From NCBI RefSeq assembly GCF_963921235.1, contig NC_086097.1:78370001-78434000 (forward strand): 64,000 bases of DNA, in the 5' to 3' direction. Numbering within the stretch: position 1 is the first letter of the stretch; each line of letters begins with the position of its first letter. The notes below the pieces were generated by a model that was not told the DNA's origin, did no database searches, and saw only the letters and a program-made list of their open reading frames with translations. The DNA comes from Mobula hypostoma (Eukaryota). Of this stretch, positions 14,729-28,385 are shown piece by piece. A program made the translations under genes and the position numbers.

Positions 14729-16497
14729 CAACACACATCAAAGTTGCTGGTGAACGCAGCAGGCCAAGCAGCATCTCTAGGAAGAGGTACAGTCGATGTT
14801 TCAGGCCGAGACCCTTTGTCAGGACTAACTGAAAGAAGAGCTAGTAAGAGATTTGAAAGTGGGAGGGGGAGAGGGAGATCCAAAATGATAGGAGAAGACA
14901 GGAGGGGGAGGGATGGAGCCAAGAGCTGGACAGGTGATTGGCAAAAGGGATATGAGAGGATCATGGTACAGGAGGCCCGGGGAGAAAGGGGGTGTGAACC
15001 CCAGAGGATGGGTAAGGGGTATAGTGAGAGGGACAGAGGGAGAAAAAGAAAGTGTGTATATAAATAAATAGATAACAGATGGGGTACGAGGGGGAGGTGG
15101 GGCATTAGCGGAAGTTTGAGAAGTCAATGTTCATGCCATCAGGTTGGAGGCTACCCAGATGGAATATAAGGTGTTGTTCCTCCAACCTGAGTGTGGCTTC
15201 ATCTTTACAGTAGAGGAGGCCGTGGATAGACATATCAGAATGGGAATGGACGTGGAATTAAAATGTGTGGCCACTGGGAGATCCTGCTTTCTCTGGCGGA
15301 CAGAGCGTAGCTGTTCAGCGAAACGATCTCCCAGTCTGCGTCGGGTCTCACCAATATATAGAAGGCCTCATCGGGAGCACTGGACGCAGTATATCATCCC
15401 AGCTGACTCACAGGTGAAGTGTCGCCTCACCTGGAAGGACTGTCTGGGGCCCTGAATGGTGGTAAGGGAGGAAGTGTAAGGGCATGTGTAGCACTTGTTC
15501 CGCTTACAAGGATAAGTGCCAGGAGGGAGATCGGTGGGGAGGGAAGGGGGGGACGAATGGACAAGGGAGTCATGTAGGGAGCGATCCCTACGGAAAGATG
15601 TGCTTAATGGTGGGATCCCGTTGGAGGTGGCAGAGGTTACGGAGAATTATATGTTGGACCTGGAGGCTGGTGGGCTGGTAGGTGAGGACAAGGGGAACCC
15701 TATTCCTAGTGGGGTGGCGGGAGGATGGAGTGAGAGCAGATGTGCGTGAAATGGGGGAGATGTGTTTGAGAGCAGAGTTGATGGTGGGGGAAGGGAAACC
15801 CCTTTCTTTAAAAAAGGAGGGCATCTCCCTCGTCCTGGAATGAAAAGCCACATCCTGAGAGCAGATGCGGCGGAGACAGAGGAATTGTGAGAAGGGGATA
15901 GCATTTTTGCAAGAGACAGGGTGAGAAGAGGAATAGTCCAGATAGCTGTGAGAGTCAGTAGGCTTATAGTAGACATCAGTAGATAAGCTGTCTCCAGAGA
16001 CAGAGACAGAAAGATCTTGAAAGGGGAGGGAGGTGTCGGAAATGGACCAGGTAAACTTGAGGGCAGGGTGAAAGTTGGAGGCAAGGATAATGAAGTTAAC
16101 GAGCTCAGCATGCATGCAGGAAGCAGCGCCAATGCAGTTGTCGATGTAGCGAAGGAAAAGTGGGGTATAGATACCAGAATAGGTTTGGAAGATAGATTGT
16201 TCCACAAAGCCAACAAAAAGGCAGGCATAGCTGTGACCCATACGGGTGCCCATGGCTACACCTTTAGTTTGGAGGAAGTGGGAGGAACCAAAGGAGAAAT
16301 TATTAAGAGTAAGGACTAATTCCGCTAGATGGAGCAGAGTGGTGGTAGAGGGGAACTGGTTAGGTCTGGAATCCAAAAAGATGCAGAGAGCTTTGAAACC
16401 TTCTTGATGGGAGATGGAAGTATATAGGGACTGGACATCCATAATGAAAATAAAGCGGTGGGGGCCAGGAAACTTAAAATCATCGAAAAGTTTCAGA
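14729..16497 (-). mobile_element. Penelope-like retroelement (RT + GIY-YIG), 5'-truncated, with pLTR
   Basis: ORF 15588-16442 has MDVQSLYT, QTKGVAMGT, FLRYIDNC, VYYKPTD and AIPFSQF. A GIY-YIG-type segment (FTCESAG.IYC..C, LYIGET.RRLGDRFAE) lies on the minus strand at ~15250-15450. The pLTR matches 63655-64000. Confidence 0.9.
14791..14826 (-). ncRNA. Minimal type I hammerhead ribozyme motif (core-mutated)
   Basis: Minus strand AGTC-CTGACAA-AGGGTCTCGGCCT-GAAA-CATC-GACT. CUGANGA reads CUGACAA here. Confidence 0.65.
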
Positions 16498-16499
16498 GT

Positions 16500-17130
16500 C
16501 TTTTTATTTGGTTTGCAGGTTCATTTCTGGGCTGCATGCTGGCATCTGCAGGAAGTTCTATAATCTACACCTTCAGCATTGTCATGAATGTAATAGTAGT
16601 TTCACTTATTGACAGACCTTGAAATAGCCCAACTAAAGCCTTAGTGTTGTGAATCCATAACTCTCAAAGAATGCCTTCAGAATGCTCAGCACATTACTGA
16701 AGGAATGCCTTTTGATTATAACATCCACTCATATTATAAATCCACATCCGGAACCATCATGTTCCTACCTACTGCTGTGCTGTCTCATCTCAGCATAGCC
16801 CTGTAACTTTAAAGCAAAGCAAAAGATTATGCTATCATTACCACCTCTGAAAGCTTGTTCTCTTCTTGCACCTGGGGATTATGACCTGAGTGAAACTACC
16901 ACTCATTTCTAGACACCACATGCACACTGGTAGCCATTCTATACGTTCCATTGAACGTTACAGCCACAGTGTTAAAAATGTTGTCTGAATTCTCTTATCT
17001 GCTAGTCCATAAAAGTATCACAATATCGCAAGGCCCAAACTAAAATTTCTAGAAACTGCATCCTTTTACAAGTGTCATTACCCTGACCAAATATTCAACA
17101 CTACTTCTCTGGCCCCTAGTTTGCAGTTCT
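16500..17130 (-). mobile_element. Highly decayed RTE-type LINE fragment
   Basis: Weak minus-strand similarity to an RTE RT region; no intact ORF. Confidence 0.4.
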
Positions 17131-17747
17131 TTAATTTCTCTGACAGCATTAAATTAAAGTGTCTCTTCAAGACTTCCAGCCTGTTTGTAATTTGTTCTTC
17201 TAGTAGATTTTCTAACCTCTCATTTATCTCCACCACAATTAATAGAATTGTCCTCATCTTTTCAAGATGTGTTGTATTTCCATATTCTGTGTCCTCTCCG
17301 AGGATTTTGACAATCTAATTTGCCTGTAGAAACCTTTCCAGTCATTCCAGAAACAGGGTGAATGGCTAATTCTACTCGTACCTCTCCAGCTCTCTTTCAC
17401 ATTTAGCAGGCCTGGTGCATGACATCATCATTGTTTAGGCAGCAACTTCACAAAACAGAGGTAGGGTTCTAAACAGAACATTTTTTTTTCAGAATAAATC
17501 TCAATTAAGCAGCAATAAGCATACTAAAATAATTTACCCACGTGGTGTGCACAATTCTTAAAGAAACACAAGATAGAAAGGAATGCTTGTGCACTCATTT
17601 GGGGCCCAGTCAAGAGTCGTATGCTTGGGGGAAATAGGGATCAATAGACAACACAAAGAAAGTATGTATTTAAAGTTGATCTGCCAATGTAGATGTCCTG
17701 TGCATTGAAATCTCATTTAAATACCTAGTTATTAAAACCCGGGAGCG

Positions 17748-18432
17748 GGAAGAAGATGGTGGCGCGACGGCAGCGCGCGCAGCCACTTCGGTGATGAATA
17801 TCTGTTATTTGTCAAGTAGGGGACCGTGCACAATCCTGATTTGATGGAGACAGATGTGAGAGCACAGCGGAACATCTGGAAAACTTCTGAAATGACAGCT
17901 TTGCTACCGCTGCTACTGTGTGGTAACTGGAATCTCTGGAGCTGAAGGCCCCGCGATCCTCGGCTTTGCGTGTTTCAGCGGCTGGGGAGAGATCGAAGGA
18001 GCTCGGCAGAAGATGGCGCTCGGGAGGCTGTATTGGAGAGGCTGCTCGGAAGCTCGGAGTTTTCGGACGGATGGACTCAGGGTCGGCTGGGGTCGGCTCC
18101 TTCCAAGGTATCGGCAAGTTGACGGTGCCTGGAGGTTTATGGCAGGGAGTTTCTCCCTTTTGCCACCTGCTATCAGGGACTCGGGAGTTGATTGACTTGG
18201 GACTTTGAGAACTTTTTTTTACTGTGCCTATGGGTCTGTTCTTTATCAAGTTATGGTATTGCTTTGCACTGCTGTAACTATATGTTATAATTATGCGGTT
18301 TTGTCAGTGTTAGTCTTTGGTCTATCTTGTTTTCTGTGATATCACTCCGGAGAAACATTGTATCATTTCTTAATGCATGTATGCATTTCTAAATAACAGT
18401 AAAAGAGGACTGAGTGTCCTCATAATCTAATT
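17748..18432 (+). mobile_element. Non-autonomous Rex1-tailed element with a CpG-rich head
   Basis: GC/CpG-rich 5' part. The 3' tail (tgcatttctaaataacagtaaaagaggactgagtgtcctcataatctaat) also occurs reverse-complemented at ~61255-61330. Confidence 0.55.
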
Positions 18433-18514
18433 GATCAAGGTTGCCCTCAGAACAACTGGATGAATCTTCCTAGGAAATGATTTCATTTGGTGCATGTCTT
18501 TTAGGAAAACTGGT

Positions 18515-20870
18515 CATAGAGTTATTAAACATGAACAGAGGCCCTTCAGCCCAATGAATCCAGGCTGACCACTGTGACCACCCAGTTAATTCCAATTTCC
18601 TATATTCACCCCATATCCTTCTAAGCCTTACCTCTCTATCTACCAATCCAGAACCTGCCTCAACCTCTTCCTCTGGCAGCTTATTCCGTATACTCATCGC
18701 ACCGTATGAAAAAAAATTGATCCTTAGGTCCCCTTTAAATCTTACCCTATCACTAAGTTTATTCCCACTAGTTTTGGACTCCATCCATATCTCTCATAAT
18801 TGTAAGCATTCCTATAAGGTTCCCCCTCAATCTTATATGTCAAAAGAATAAAGACCCAACCTGGCGATCATTTCCCTTTAACTCAGGCCCTCTAGCCATG
18901 TCAATGTCCTCACAAATCTTTTTCTGCATTCTATCTAGTTTAACCACATTTTTCCTGTAACAGGGTGATCAAAACTAGATGCAGTATCCAAGTGTATGTA
19001 GCCTCAGCAACAACTAATACCTCTGCAATATAATGTCACAACTCCTATACTCAGTGCCCCAACTGATAAAGGACAAGATAGTAACACTTTTTTTCCACCA
19101 CCCTTCTACCTGTGACACCATTTTCAATGGACTTTGCACTTGTACCTCTAAGTTCCTCTGTTCAATTACACTCCCTAGTGCCCTACCATTCATTCACTGG
19201 TTTGACTTTTCAAACTTATTGAAGTCCATTTGCCACTCTTCAGCCTATTCCCCTAACTGATCAAGATCCCCTTGTAATCTACAATACCCTTCAACAACAG
19301 CTCCTGATTTAGTGTTATCCACAAACTTACTGAACAAGCTTTGTGCATTCGCATCCAATTTATTACAGAAATAATGAATAACGACAGTCCCAGCACTGAA
19401 CCATGTGGCACACCACTTGTCACCAGCCTCCATTCCAAGAAACAACCTTCAACCACAACCCTCTGCCTCCTACCTCTGAGCCAATTGTGAATCCACCTTA
19501 CTAGCTCACCCTGGACTCCATAAAACCTAATCTTCCTGACCAGCATACAAAGTGGGACCTTGTCAAAGGCCTTGTTAAAATCCAAACAAACATCCATTGC
19601 CATACCTTCATCTGCCTTTTTCGTCACTTCTTCAAAAAACTCTAAAAGGTTCATGAAGCACAAATTTCCATCCACAAAGCTTTGTCCTAATCAGACTCTG
19701 TCTATTCAAATGCAGGTAAATCCTACCCTTTAGAAATCTTTCCAGTAACTTCTCCACTACCGACATCAAGCCGACCAGCTTGTGGTTGCCTGGTTTGTCC
19801 TTGCCATAATTGTTAAACAATGAAGCAGCATTAACTAACTTCAGGTCTTCAGTAACCTCAGCAGTGGCTAAGAATGAAACAAGTACCTCCACAAGAGCCT
19901 CAGCAATGTCCTCTCTAGCCTCCCACAAAATCCTGGGATGGTCAGGCCCTGGGGATTTATATATCTGGTAAAACGAACATTTTCCAAACCATCGGTATTT
20001 GTTTTCCTTACCTCTTCAACAACCATGATTTTCTTCTCAGTAAATGCCAAGAAGAAATATTTGTTAAAAATTCCACTCATCTACCATAGCTCAAAATATA
20101 CACAGCCCTGCTGATCTCTAAGAGGAGCTACTCTCTCCCTAGGCACCCTCTGATATTTAATATAGGTATAGAATCTCTTGGGATTTTCCTTAATCTTACC
20201 TGCCAGATCCATCTCATACCTCTCTTTGCTCTCCTGATATCCCTCTTAATCTTTTTATAGACATCAAGCGATAGGCTCAATCCTGGCCTCCTAAGCCTAA
20301 ACCCAATGTATACTTCCTTCTATTTCGTAACCAGAGCTTCAAGATATCTCTTGGCATGCATAGAATACAGGAGGAACTCAGCAAGTTGATATTTTGGGCT
20401 GAAACTCATCATCAGGATTAGAAAGGAATGGGTGGGGTAGGGGGGTGGTGGCAGAAGCCAGACTTGGCACATTTACCCTCACCCTGACAAGAACATGCTG
20501 CTCCTGGAAATTTGCATTCACATTCTTAAAAGTCTCCCAGTTGCCATTTGATTCTTTCCTTTCAAACAGGCTCACTGAATTGACAACTGCTAGATTCTGT
20601 CTAATTCCCCCATAATTAGTCTTGCTCTAGCTTAGGACCCTAACTGTGGACCTGGACTATCCTTTTCCATCAGTATTTTAAAACAGATAGAATTATCGTC
20701 TTTGAAGCCAAAGTGCTCCCCTGTCTACCACTTCAGTTACTTACCTTGCCTCCCTCCCTAAGAGATGGCCCAGTATTGCACTCTCCCAAGTAGGGCCCTC
20801 TATCTATTGACAGAGAAAACTTTTCTGGACACATTTCACAAACTCCACCCCATCCAGGCCCTTAGCACTC
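18515..20870 (-). mobile_element. Degenerate CR1 LINE, with a small Penelope fragment at ~20365-20455
   Basis: ORFs NLLEFFEEVT, CLDFNKAFDKVP, VTSGVPHGSVLG, DKPGNHKLVGLMSVVEKLLE. Confidence 0.85.
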
Positions 20871-21394
20871 TGGGTTGTCATCGAATTAAAGTGATTTCTG
20901 ACCAGAAGCGTCTGGTCAAATATCCAGAGTAGCTTCATTTGATCCATAAATCACCAAATTACTTTGGAATGAAACAACATTACTCCAAACCAGGGTGTAA
21001 AGCACAGTAACACACAATAACTTAAGAAGGTAAGGATAAAACCTATGGGTGAATCACACATAAATAATGAACTGAAGTGCATTAATATTAAATATTCTAA
21101 GGTTCAAAACAGATTAATCAGTGACACTTCGAATACGATGCAGCAAAATGTTCAGAACCCTAATAGCCTGGGGAAAGAAACTGTTTCTCATGCATTGTAG
21201 TCTCCTCTCTGATGGTAGAAAGTCAAAGAGGATGCTGGATGGATGGGTGGGATCCTTAACAATACTAAGGCCCCTGCGTACACAGAGCTCCTGATAAATT
21301 CCCCAATGAATGGTAGGGAGACCTCTATAACCCTCTCACCTGTTCACCCTTATGAATTTGAAAATAGTTTGAAAGCACCTCAATATTTGGAAAT

Positions 21395-23393
21395 GCACAG
21401 AGGACTGTGTATCTCGCAAGACGATTCAGGTATTCCCTAACCGGAAACCTTGGATGAATTATGAGGTCAAGTCCCTTTTAAAGGCTAGAGCTGCAGCTTT
21501 TAGGTCCGGGCATACCAGTCGCTACACGGAATCCAGGCATGAACTCCGGAAAGTCATTAAGGGTGCCAAGAGGCAATATTCAGCTAAGTTGGAAGCCCAG
21601 GCTAACCAGAGGGATGCCAGTAGACTATGGCAGGGTCTAAATGAGATCACCGGGCGCAAAGAGAAGGCTGGGAATATCAATAACTGTGGCGCTTCTCTTC
21701 CTGACGAACTTAATGTATTCTATGCAAGATTCTAACAGAAGAGGAGCGTCCCGCTCCCTCCGGATGAACCGGACCTGGTGGCATCAAGGAGGAAGTTAGA
21801 AGGGCCTTCCTGAAGATAAATCCAAGGAAGGCGACGGGCCCAGATGGCGTCCCGGGATGGGTTCTCCGGGCCTGTGCAAGCGAGCTAGCTGGAGTGTTTG
21901 CTGACATCTTCAGCTGCTCCTTGCTTCAGCCTAAGATCCCCTCGTGTTTTAAGAAGGCACCGATAATCCCAGTGCCGGAGAAGAGCAAGGTGGCATGCCC
22001 GAATGACTATCGACCTGTGGCTCTGACATCAATTGCTATGAAGTGCTTTGAGAGATTGGTTATGGCACACATCAACCACAGCCTACCGGTCAACCTCAAC
22101 ACTTTGCAATTCACCTACCGGAGCAACAGGTCAACGGCAGATGCCATCTCTCTAGGGCTACCTTCCTCCTTAGAACACCTGGAGAATAAAGATGCATACG
22201 TAAGGCTGCTTTTCATTGACTACAGCTCTGTCTTTAGTACCATCATTCTGAATAAGCTGATTCCTAAGCTCCGGAACCTGGGCCTTCGCACTCAGATCTG
22301 CAGCTGGATCTTCAACTTCCTCACAGACAGGACCCAGGCTGTAAAAATAGGGGACAAGCACTCCTCTACAATCACTCCGAGCACCGGTGCCCCACAAGGC
22401 TGTGTACTCAGCCCCCTCCTGTACTCACTGTACACCCATGTTTGTGTAGCCAAGTTTCCATCATACTCAATATATAAGTTTGCTGATGACACAACAATTG
22501 TAGGCCGTATCTCGGGTAACGATGAGTTTGAGTACAGAGAGGAAATTAAGAACCTGGTGGCACGGTGCAAAGACAATAACCTATCCCTCAACGTCAGCAA
22601 GACGAAGGAATTGGTTGTTGACTTCAGAAGGAGTAGCGGACCACATGACCCAATTTACATAGGTGGTGCGCAAGTCAAAAGCTTTAAGTTCCTTGGGGTC
22701 AATATTACAAATGACCTGACTTGGTCCAACCAAGCAGAGTTCACTGCCAAGAAGGCCCACCAGCGCCTTTACTTCCTGAGAAAGCTAAAGAAATTTGGCC
22801 TGGCCCTTAAAACCCTCACTATTTTTTATAGATGCACCATAGAAAGCATTCTTCTAGAGTGCATCATAACCTGGTATGGAAGTTGTCCTGTCCAAGACTG
22901 AAAGAAGCTGCAGAAGACCATGAACACGGCGCAGCACATCACACAAACCAATCTTCCGTCCTTGGACTCACTTTACACCGCACGCTGTCAGAGCAGTGCT
23001 GCCAGGATAATCAAGGACACGATCCACCCAGCCAACACACCTCCGGGAGAAGGCTCAGGAGCTTGAAGACTCGTACGGCCAGATTTCAGAACAGCTTCTT
23101 TCCAACTGTGATAAGACAGCTGAACGGATCCTGACCCAGATCTGGGCTGGACCCTCCAAATATCCGGACCTGTCTCTCGGCTTTTTTTGCACTACCTTAC
23201 TTTTCATTTTTCTATTTTCTATTTATGATTTATAATTTAAATTTTTAATTTTTACTATTTTAATATTTTTAATATTTAATATTTGTAATCTAGGGAGTGG
23301 GAAGCGCAGAATCAAATATCGCTGTGATGATTGTACATTCTAGTGTCAATTGTTTGGCGACAATAAAGTATAAAGTAATAAAGTATAAAGTAT
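21395..23393 (+). mobile_element. Rex1/Babar LINE, 5'-truncated, RT largely intact
   Basis: ORF 21894-22901: NDYRPVALTS, LFIDYSS.F, TGAPQGCVLSPLLYSLYT, KFADDTT, FLGV. Tail (aataaagtataaagt)n. A minus-strand Rex1 3' fragment lies just upstream at ~20960-21340. Confidence 0.92.
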
Positions 23394-23609
23394 TTATTCT
23401 AAAAATCCCCAGGGTTTGATGGCATTTTGGCTGTGATATGTTTCAGTAATTGTTAGTGACTTCCTTGAGGTGAAATTTAAAACTGGTACAAAATAGGTCA
23501 CAAGAAAGCCAAACCTGCAGAACAAATACACAATTAGTCAACGTAAATATTCTCAGTCAGTAATACATAATATAGTAGAAATAAACTTGACAAAAAAAGT
23601 GAGGATTAA

Positions 23610-24320
23610 GCACAGCAGCCATTGTGGGCATGGCCATAGTGTAAGTGGGTATGATTTAAAGTGTGGAACTGAGGCTTTGCCTCAATAGGCTTCAGAAAGA
23701 AGAGGTGGAAACTAAGGTGAGTTTCTGGTGTTTCTCATTCTTCCTTTATTATTGCACAGGTAGAGCAGCGAGAATGGAACCCAGGGCAGCGGTGCGCTCT
23801 TCTTTCATGTTGTGGGAGGTCAGGGTGACCTCTAGTGTCCCTGATAAGTGTACCTGCAAGTGTACCGGTTACAGTTCCTGGTAGACCACATTAGGGATCT
23901 GCAGCTGAAGATGGATGAGCAGATCAGTCAGGTGAATGAGGAGTTGATAGATAGGAACTACACAGAAGCAGTCACACCTAAGTTGCAGGAGGCAGATAAC
24001 AGGGGATTCAACAGTTAGGGAAACAGACAGGTGATTCTGTTTATGTATAAGAGACTCCTGGACAATATGATGTCTCCTTGGTGCCAGGATCAGGGAGATC
24101 TCAGATCTAGTCGACAGTATTCTAAAGGGGGAGTGAGAGTAGCCAGAAGATGCAGTATGTATTGGGATGAGGTCCTGAAAAGCAAATATGGGGAAATAGG
24201 AAAGAAGCTGAAAGGCATGACTTAAAGGCAGAGTACAAAGTTATTGATAGGATTCTCAGCAGTGTGGAGGGTCAGAGGATCTTGGATCCAAGCCCATAAA
24301 TACCTCAAAGTTACCACGCA
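23610..24320 (+). mobile_element. CR1 5'UTR/ORF1 and ORF2 fragments
   Basis: MEPRAAVRSSFMLWEVRVTSSVPDKCTCKC resembles the CR1 ORF1 N-terminal zinc-finger region. An ORF2 remnant follows at ~24230-24320. Confidence 0.65.
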
Positions 24321-24849
24321 GGGGTTTGTGCATTTTAAAATGACGTTCCTCAGAATGCTAGCCTTGGCTGGAGACGTTTTGCAAGGCAGCAATGGCCTCT
24401 TTTACATTTGACACAATCGATGCTGGTCTCCTTATTTTATTCCACAACTGCTGTTGGTACAAAGCACATTTGACTGGATGAGGCACAACAGCTGCCAGGA
24501 TCAGATAAAAAAAGAAAATCATGATTGAAAACAGATTGTTTTGTGCAATTTTTTAAATACAGGAAACACTTTTAAGTGTTTCTTCTTTGCAATCTGCCTA
24601 ATATGTAATTAGTTCTAACTGTTCCTCACAGGGTGCATCATTGAATGATTTTCAGACCATTGCTCCTAGGCCATAGGCAATTTTGGCAGGAACCGGATTG
24701 GAACTCCCAAAGGTCATATACTGTACATGTATGCTATTATTACAGCTATGCACAAGCAGCACAAGTTGGAGCATTTACAATACTGGCATCCACCCAATAA
24801 TGTGCAGAAATGACCAGCTCAGCAGAAATATATCTAATTTGGCTCAGCA

Positions 24850-25515
24850 CCACCCAGCCATTCTATTCCCTATCATCAACAAAGAGATTAAAAGTATAAT
24901 TTTCTATGCTATTGTGCAGCACTTAGTTGCAAGTAAATTACTTACCAGTTCTCAGTTTGGGTTTTGCCAAGATGACTCGGCTCCAGATGTTGTCACAGAC
25001 TTGTTCCAAGCATGCACCAAAGAGTCAGATTACTGAGTTGAGGTGAGAGTGGCCGATCTTGACCAAACATGGAGATCTTGATCTCCTACAGCAGAGGTTG
25101 AGTGTTTTTTTAAAACCAGAAACTTGAAATGTTCAACCTCTTCCTTAAAGTGCAAGCAGCATTTCACATTAAAACAACGCCACTCCTCTCCTCTGAACAA
25201 AACGTACTGCAATTAATTGTTATTCGAAGCTACTTCAGCAATTAGACCAAACTTGCAAACCCAGTTATCAAGGACAAGTACAGCAAGTTCTTGGGAATTC
25301 CACTACATGCACATTCCCCTCCAAGATGCAGTACTTCCTGACTTGCAAATGCATCACTGTCCTACATTCTAATGAGGCCAAAATCTCAAAAGTCCTCCTT
25401 AAATGCACCATGCTGTATTTTCATATGAAGGACTGCAGTGGCTCATAAAACCAGATCACCACCAGCAATTAAGGATGAGCAAAATGTACCAGCCTTGCCA
25501 GCAATCCCCAGAAAC
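24850..25515 (+). mobile_element. Ancient CR1/L2-group LINE remnant
   Basis: LLTSSQFGFCQDDSAPD RT-like motif, and a decayed 3' tail ending ccagccttgccagcaatcccca. Confidence 0.5.
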
Positions 25516-28100
25516 TAAAATTATTTTTTAAAAGTCAGCATTTGGTCTAAAATGCATCAGAACAATAGCATTCTCTCTTTAGCTTTCACACCACAGCCTT
25601 ACCTCCCTCTGGCCAATAAAAGAAAAAATAAAGATATTCGCTTTAACAACTAATCCTGAACCACAGAACGAAGAGCACAACATCAACCAAGTCTTACTTC
25701 CTAAAATACTACTGCTGGCTGCTCACTTGAAGTAGTTCCATTGTCCGTGGTTAATGGAAATTCTTGAGGTTCACTTAAATGCCATTTGAGGACCAAGATT
25801 ATGGGGTTAAGAGGGAATGGAAAATTGGGAGATAAGTAAGATGTTGACCGCATCTGTGCACAACTAGAAATCTAGTAATAGCAAAATAACATTGATCTCC
25901 TATAGCAGAGGTTGGAATGTTTTTTTACCAGAAACTGAAATGTTCAACCTCTTCTTTAAAATGGAAGCAGCACTTACATTAAAACAAACCTTCTCTCATA
26001 CTCTACACATTATTAGAGAAAATGATAACTGGATTAACAGATGAGTGACAGCTGGCAAAAAAAGGGTGAAATGAGAAATATATGGGCACATGCATGTTCT
26101 TATTTAGTACTATTCTTGCTAATAGCTGTTGTGAAGGGAATGGGTGGCCAGAGCACGTGTTGCTGAGGTGACATTTATAATAGAACATGGGCCTACTTAA
26201 TAAAAGATCATTGAAAGCAGTTATTCTTGAGATGGTCCTTTCAGGGGCAAAAGTGATGATGGCATTCGGAGGAAAGAAAGAAATGGGAAGTATGTGCAGT
26301 GTGCTATAGTGCCTGCCTATTGAGGGCATTAGATGTCTTCCACTATTGCTCTGCAGCCCAAGACAGTGAGGGAAATACCACTCAGTGTAATTACAATTTC
26401 CCTCCAGCTGGCACGATAATGCTTTAATATTCCCAAGAAGTGTTTTGAATTCTGAACGAGTAAAAGTTCCGTGAATGTTTCTTTGGGCTTGGCGTCATAC
26501 CTTTTGCACACTGAGCTCAAATTGTGTACTTGTTTATAATTCTGTGTATGGGCAATAACAAAATATTGCTAAAACTTCAAGAGCAAAGCACAGATCCTCT
26601 TCTACCTACATTCATCCTCCTGTACCACAACAGTGAAGATAGAATAGTCTTTTTAAAGATTGTCCAGAGATATCTTTGCAGCTCAAGAACTTAGTTCAGA
26701 TGCACACTAATTGTTGCAAACAAGAATGAAGAAACTCCAGGGGCAATCACCAGATCCGATATATTTCAAGGTAACCTGTCAGATGCTAGGGTGTTGAAAT
26801 GAAATGATCGGGAAATGACCATTTGATCATCTATTATATTAATTGTGCTCATATTCTATTACAAGGAAAACACTACGCACTATAATTCAAAATCACCAGA
26901 CTGGTACAGTGAAACTAATAGAAAAGAATAAAGTTTTCCTACTCATTAACTATATCTTTGATCTGAATATCATTACAGACCAAGACTAATTGAGCTTATG
27001 AATGTTTAAAACAACTTTCAGGTCAAAGTAAGATCAGCAATAGAGTTCGTATTACTACTCTCACTATGGTATTTCCAGTTTTTTCCTCAATACCCTTTTT
27101 CGACTTTTAAGTGCCTCAACAAACTTTTTACTGTGACCTTCAGGGTCAGCATGCTTCACAATCAAACTTTTCATGAACATATCCCAATGGACTTATTATG
27201 AATTCATTTAGCATAATTTTACTTCTGAGTACTAATAAAATAAGAATATATAGCAAGCTTTTGGTTAAGTCATAACAGAAAGCTCAGATATTGCTGCTTA
27301 TGCTATTAGGAATAGCACACATAGGTCGGTGGCTAAAGACTTATCCATCTTCTTTAATTTCATGCTCATTTTAACAACTGATTTTAAAAAGTTACTTGTT
27401 ATTGTCATTCAGGAATTAGAGAATAAAATATAGTTCAGAAGGGCACTCCATTTATAATTGATTAAAAGAAAAACATCTACTTTGACTTGATGCTTACAAA
27501 TGCATTGTGAAATTCCATCAATCATATTAAACTATGCTGGGGTGGATTGAACTGCTTCTCAGAACATAATTATATACAGAACGTTTGATCCAGCCAGGAC
27601 AATCCTTCTGTGCACATTATGTGTATTGAGTTTAGTTTGAATCCAATGGAATGAAATAGACCAAAATGCTGTCTCATGAGCACGATCACTCTGACACAAC
27701 TTTATCTCAGTGCAGCATCTGCGACTTGGTTATGACATAAAGACATCAAACCGTATTGGCCCTAATTCAATGAATAAATTATAGAATGGAAATTAAGATC
27801 TCTGAAGTCGAAATATGAATTTTCTATCATAATGTTAATCACTGAAGGGATACAGAAACCGAAAAATTTGGCATGAATGCATTAACAACTCAATTATGTA
27901 TGTACTACACAAATTATTATGGTAGTATGCTTGTATTAGCTAGCATCATAGTTTAGTTATTATACTCCAGAGCTGGTAAGTCTAACAAAATAATGAAGTT
28001 AGACAGATTAAATAAATTCACTATAATTGTAGATAATTAAGTTTATCTACAATTGTAATGAATCTTTGCAGAGCTACAGCATTTCTGGGGACAGCTTTGC

Positions 28101-28385
28101 GGGGGGGGGTGGTGCGTGTGGTAGCACAGTGGTCAGCATAACACTTTACAGCACCAGTGATCGAGATCCAATGTCCACCACTACATTCTCCCTGTGACCT
28201 CCAGGTGCTCCGGTTCTCCCCCCAAATTCTGAAGACGTATGAGTTTGTAAGGGCTAGTAATTTGCAGACATGCTATGTTGAGGTATAGCAACACTTGGGG
28301 GCCACCCTCAGCAATCCTCGGTCATTGAGGCAAACTACAGATTTTACTATATGTTTCAATGTATGTGTGACAAATAAAACTATCT
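28101..28385 (+). mobile_element. V-SINE-like element
   Basis: tRNA-like head (tggtagcacagtggtcagca), V-domain-like ttctccctgtgacc..ccaggtgctccggtt, and a Rex-type tail tgtgacaaataaa. Confidence 0.65.

Noticed and set aside
25950..25980. miR-302/430-like seed (TAAGTGCT on the minus strand)
   Set aside because: Only the seed matches and it does not lie in the arm of the adjacent hairpin.
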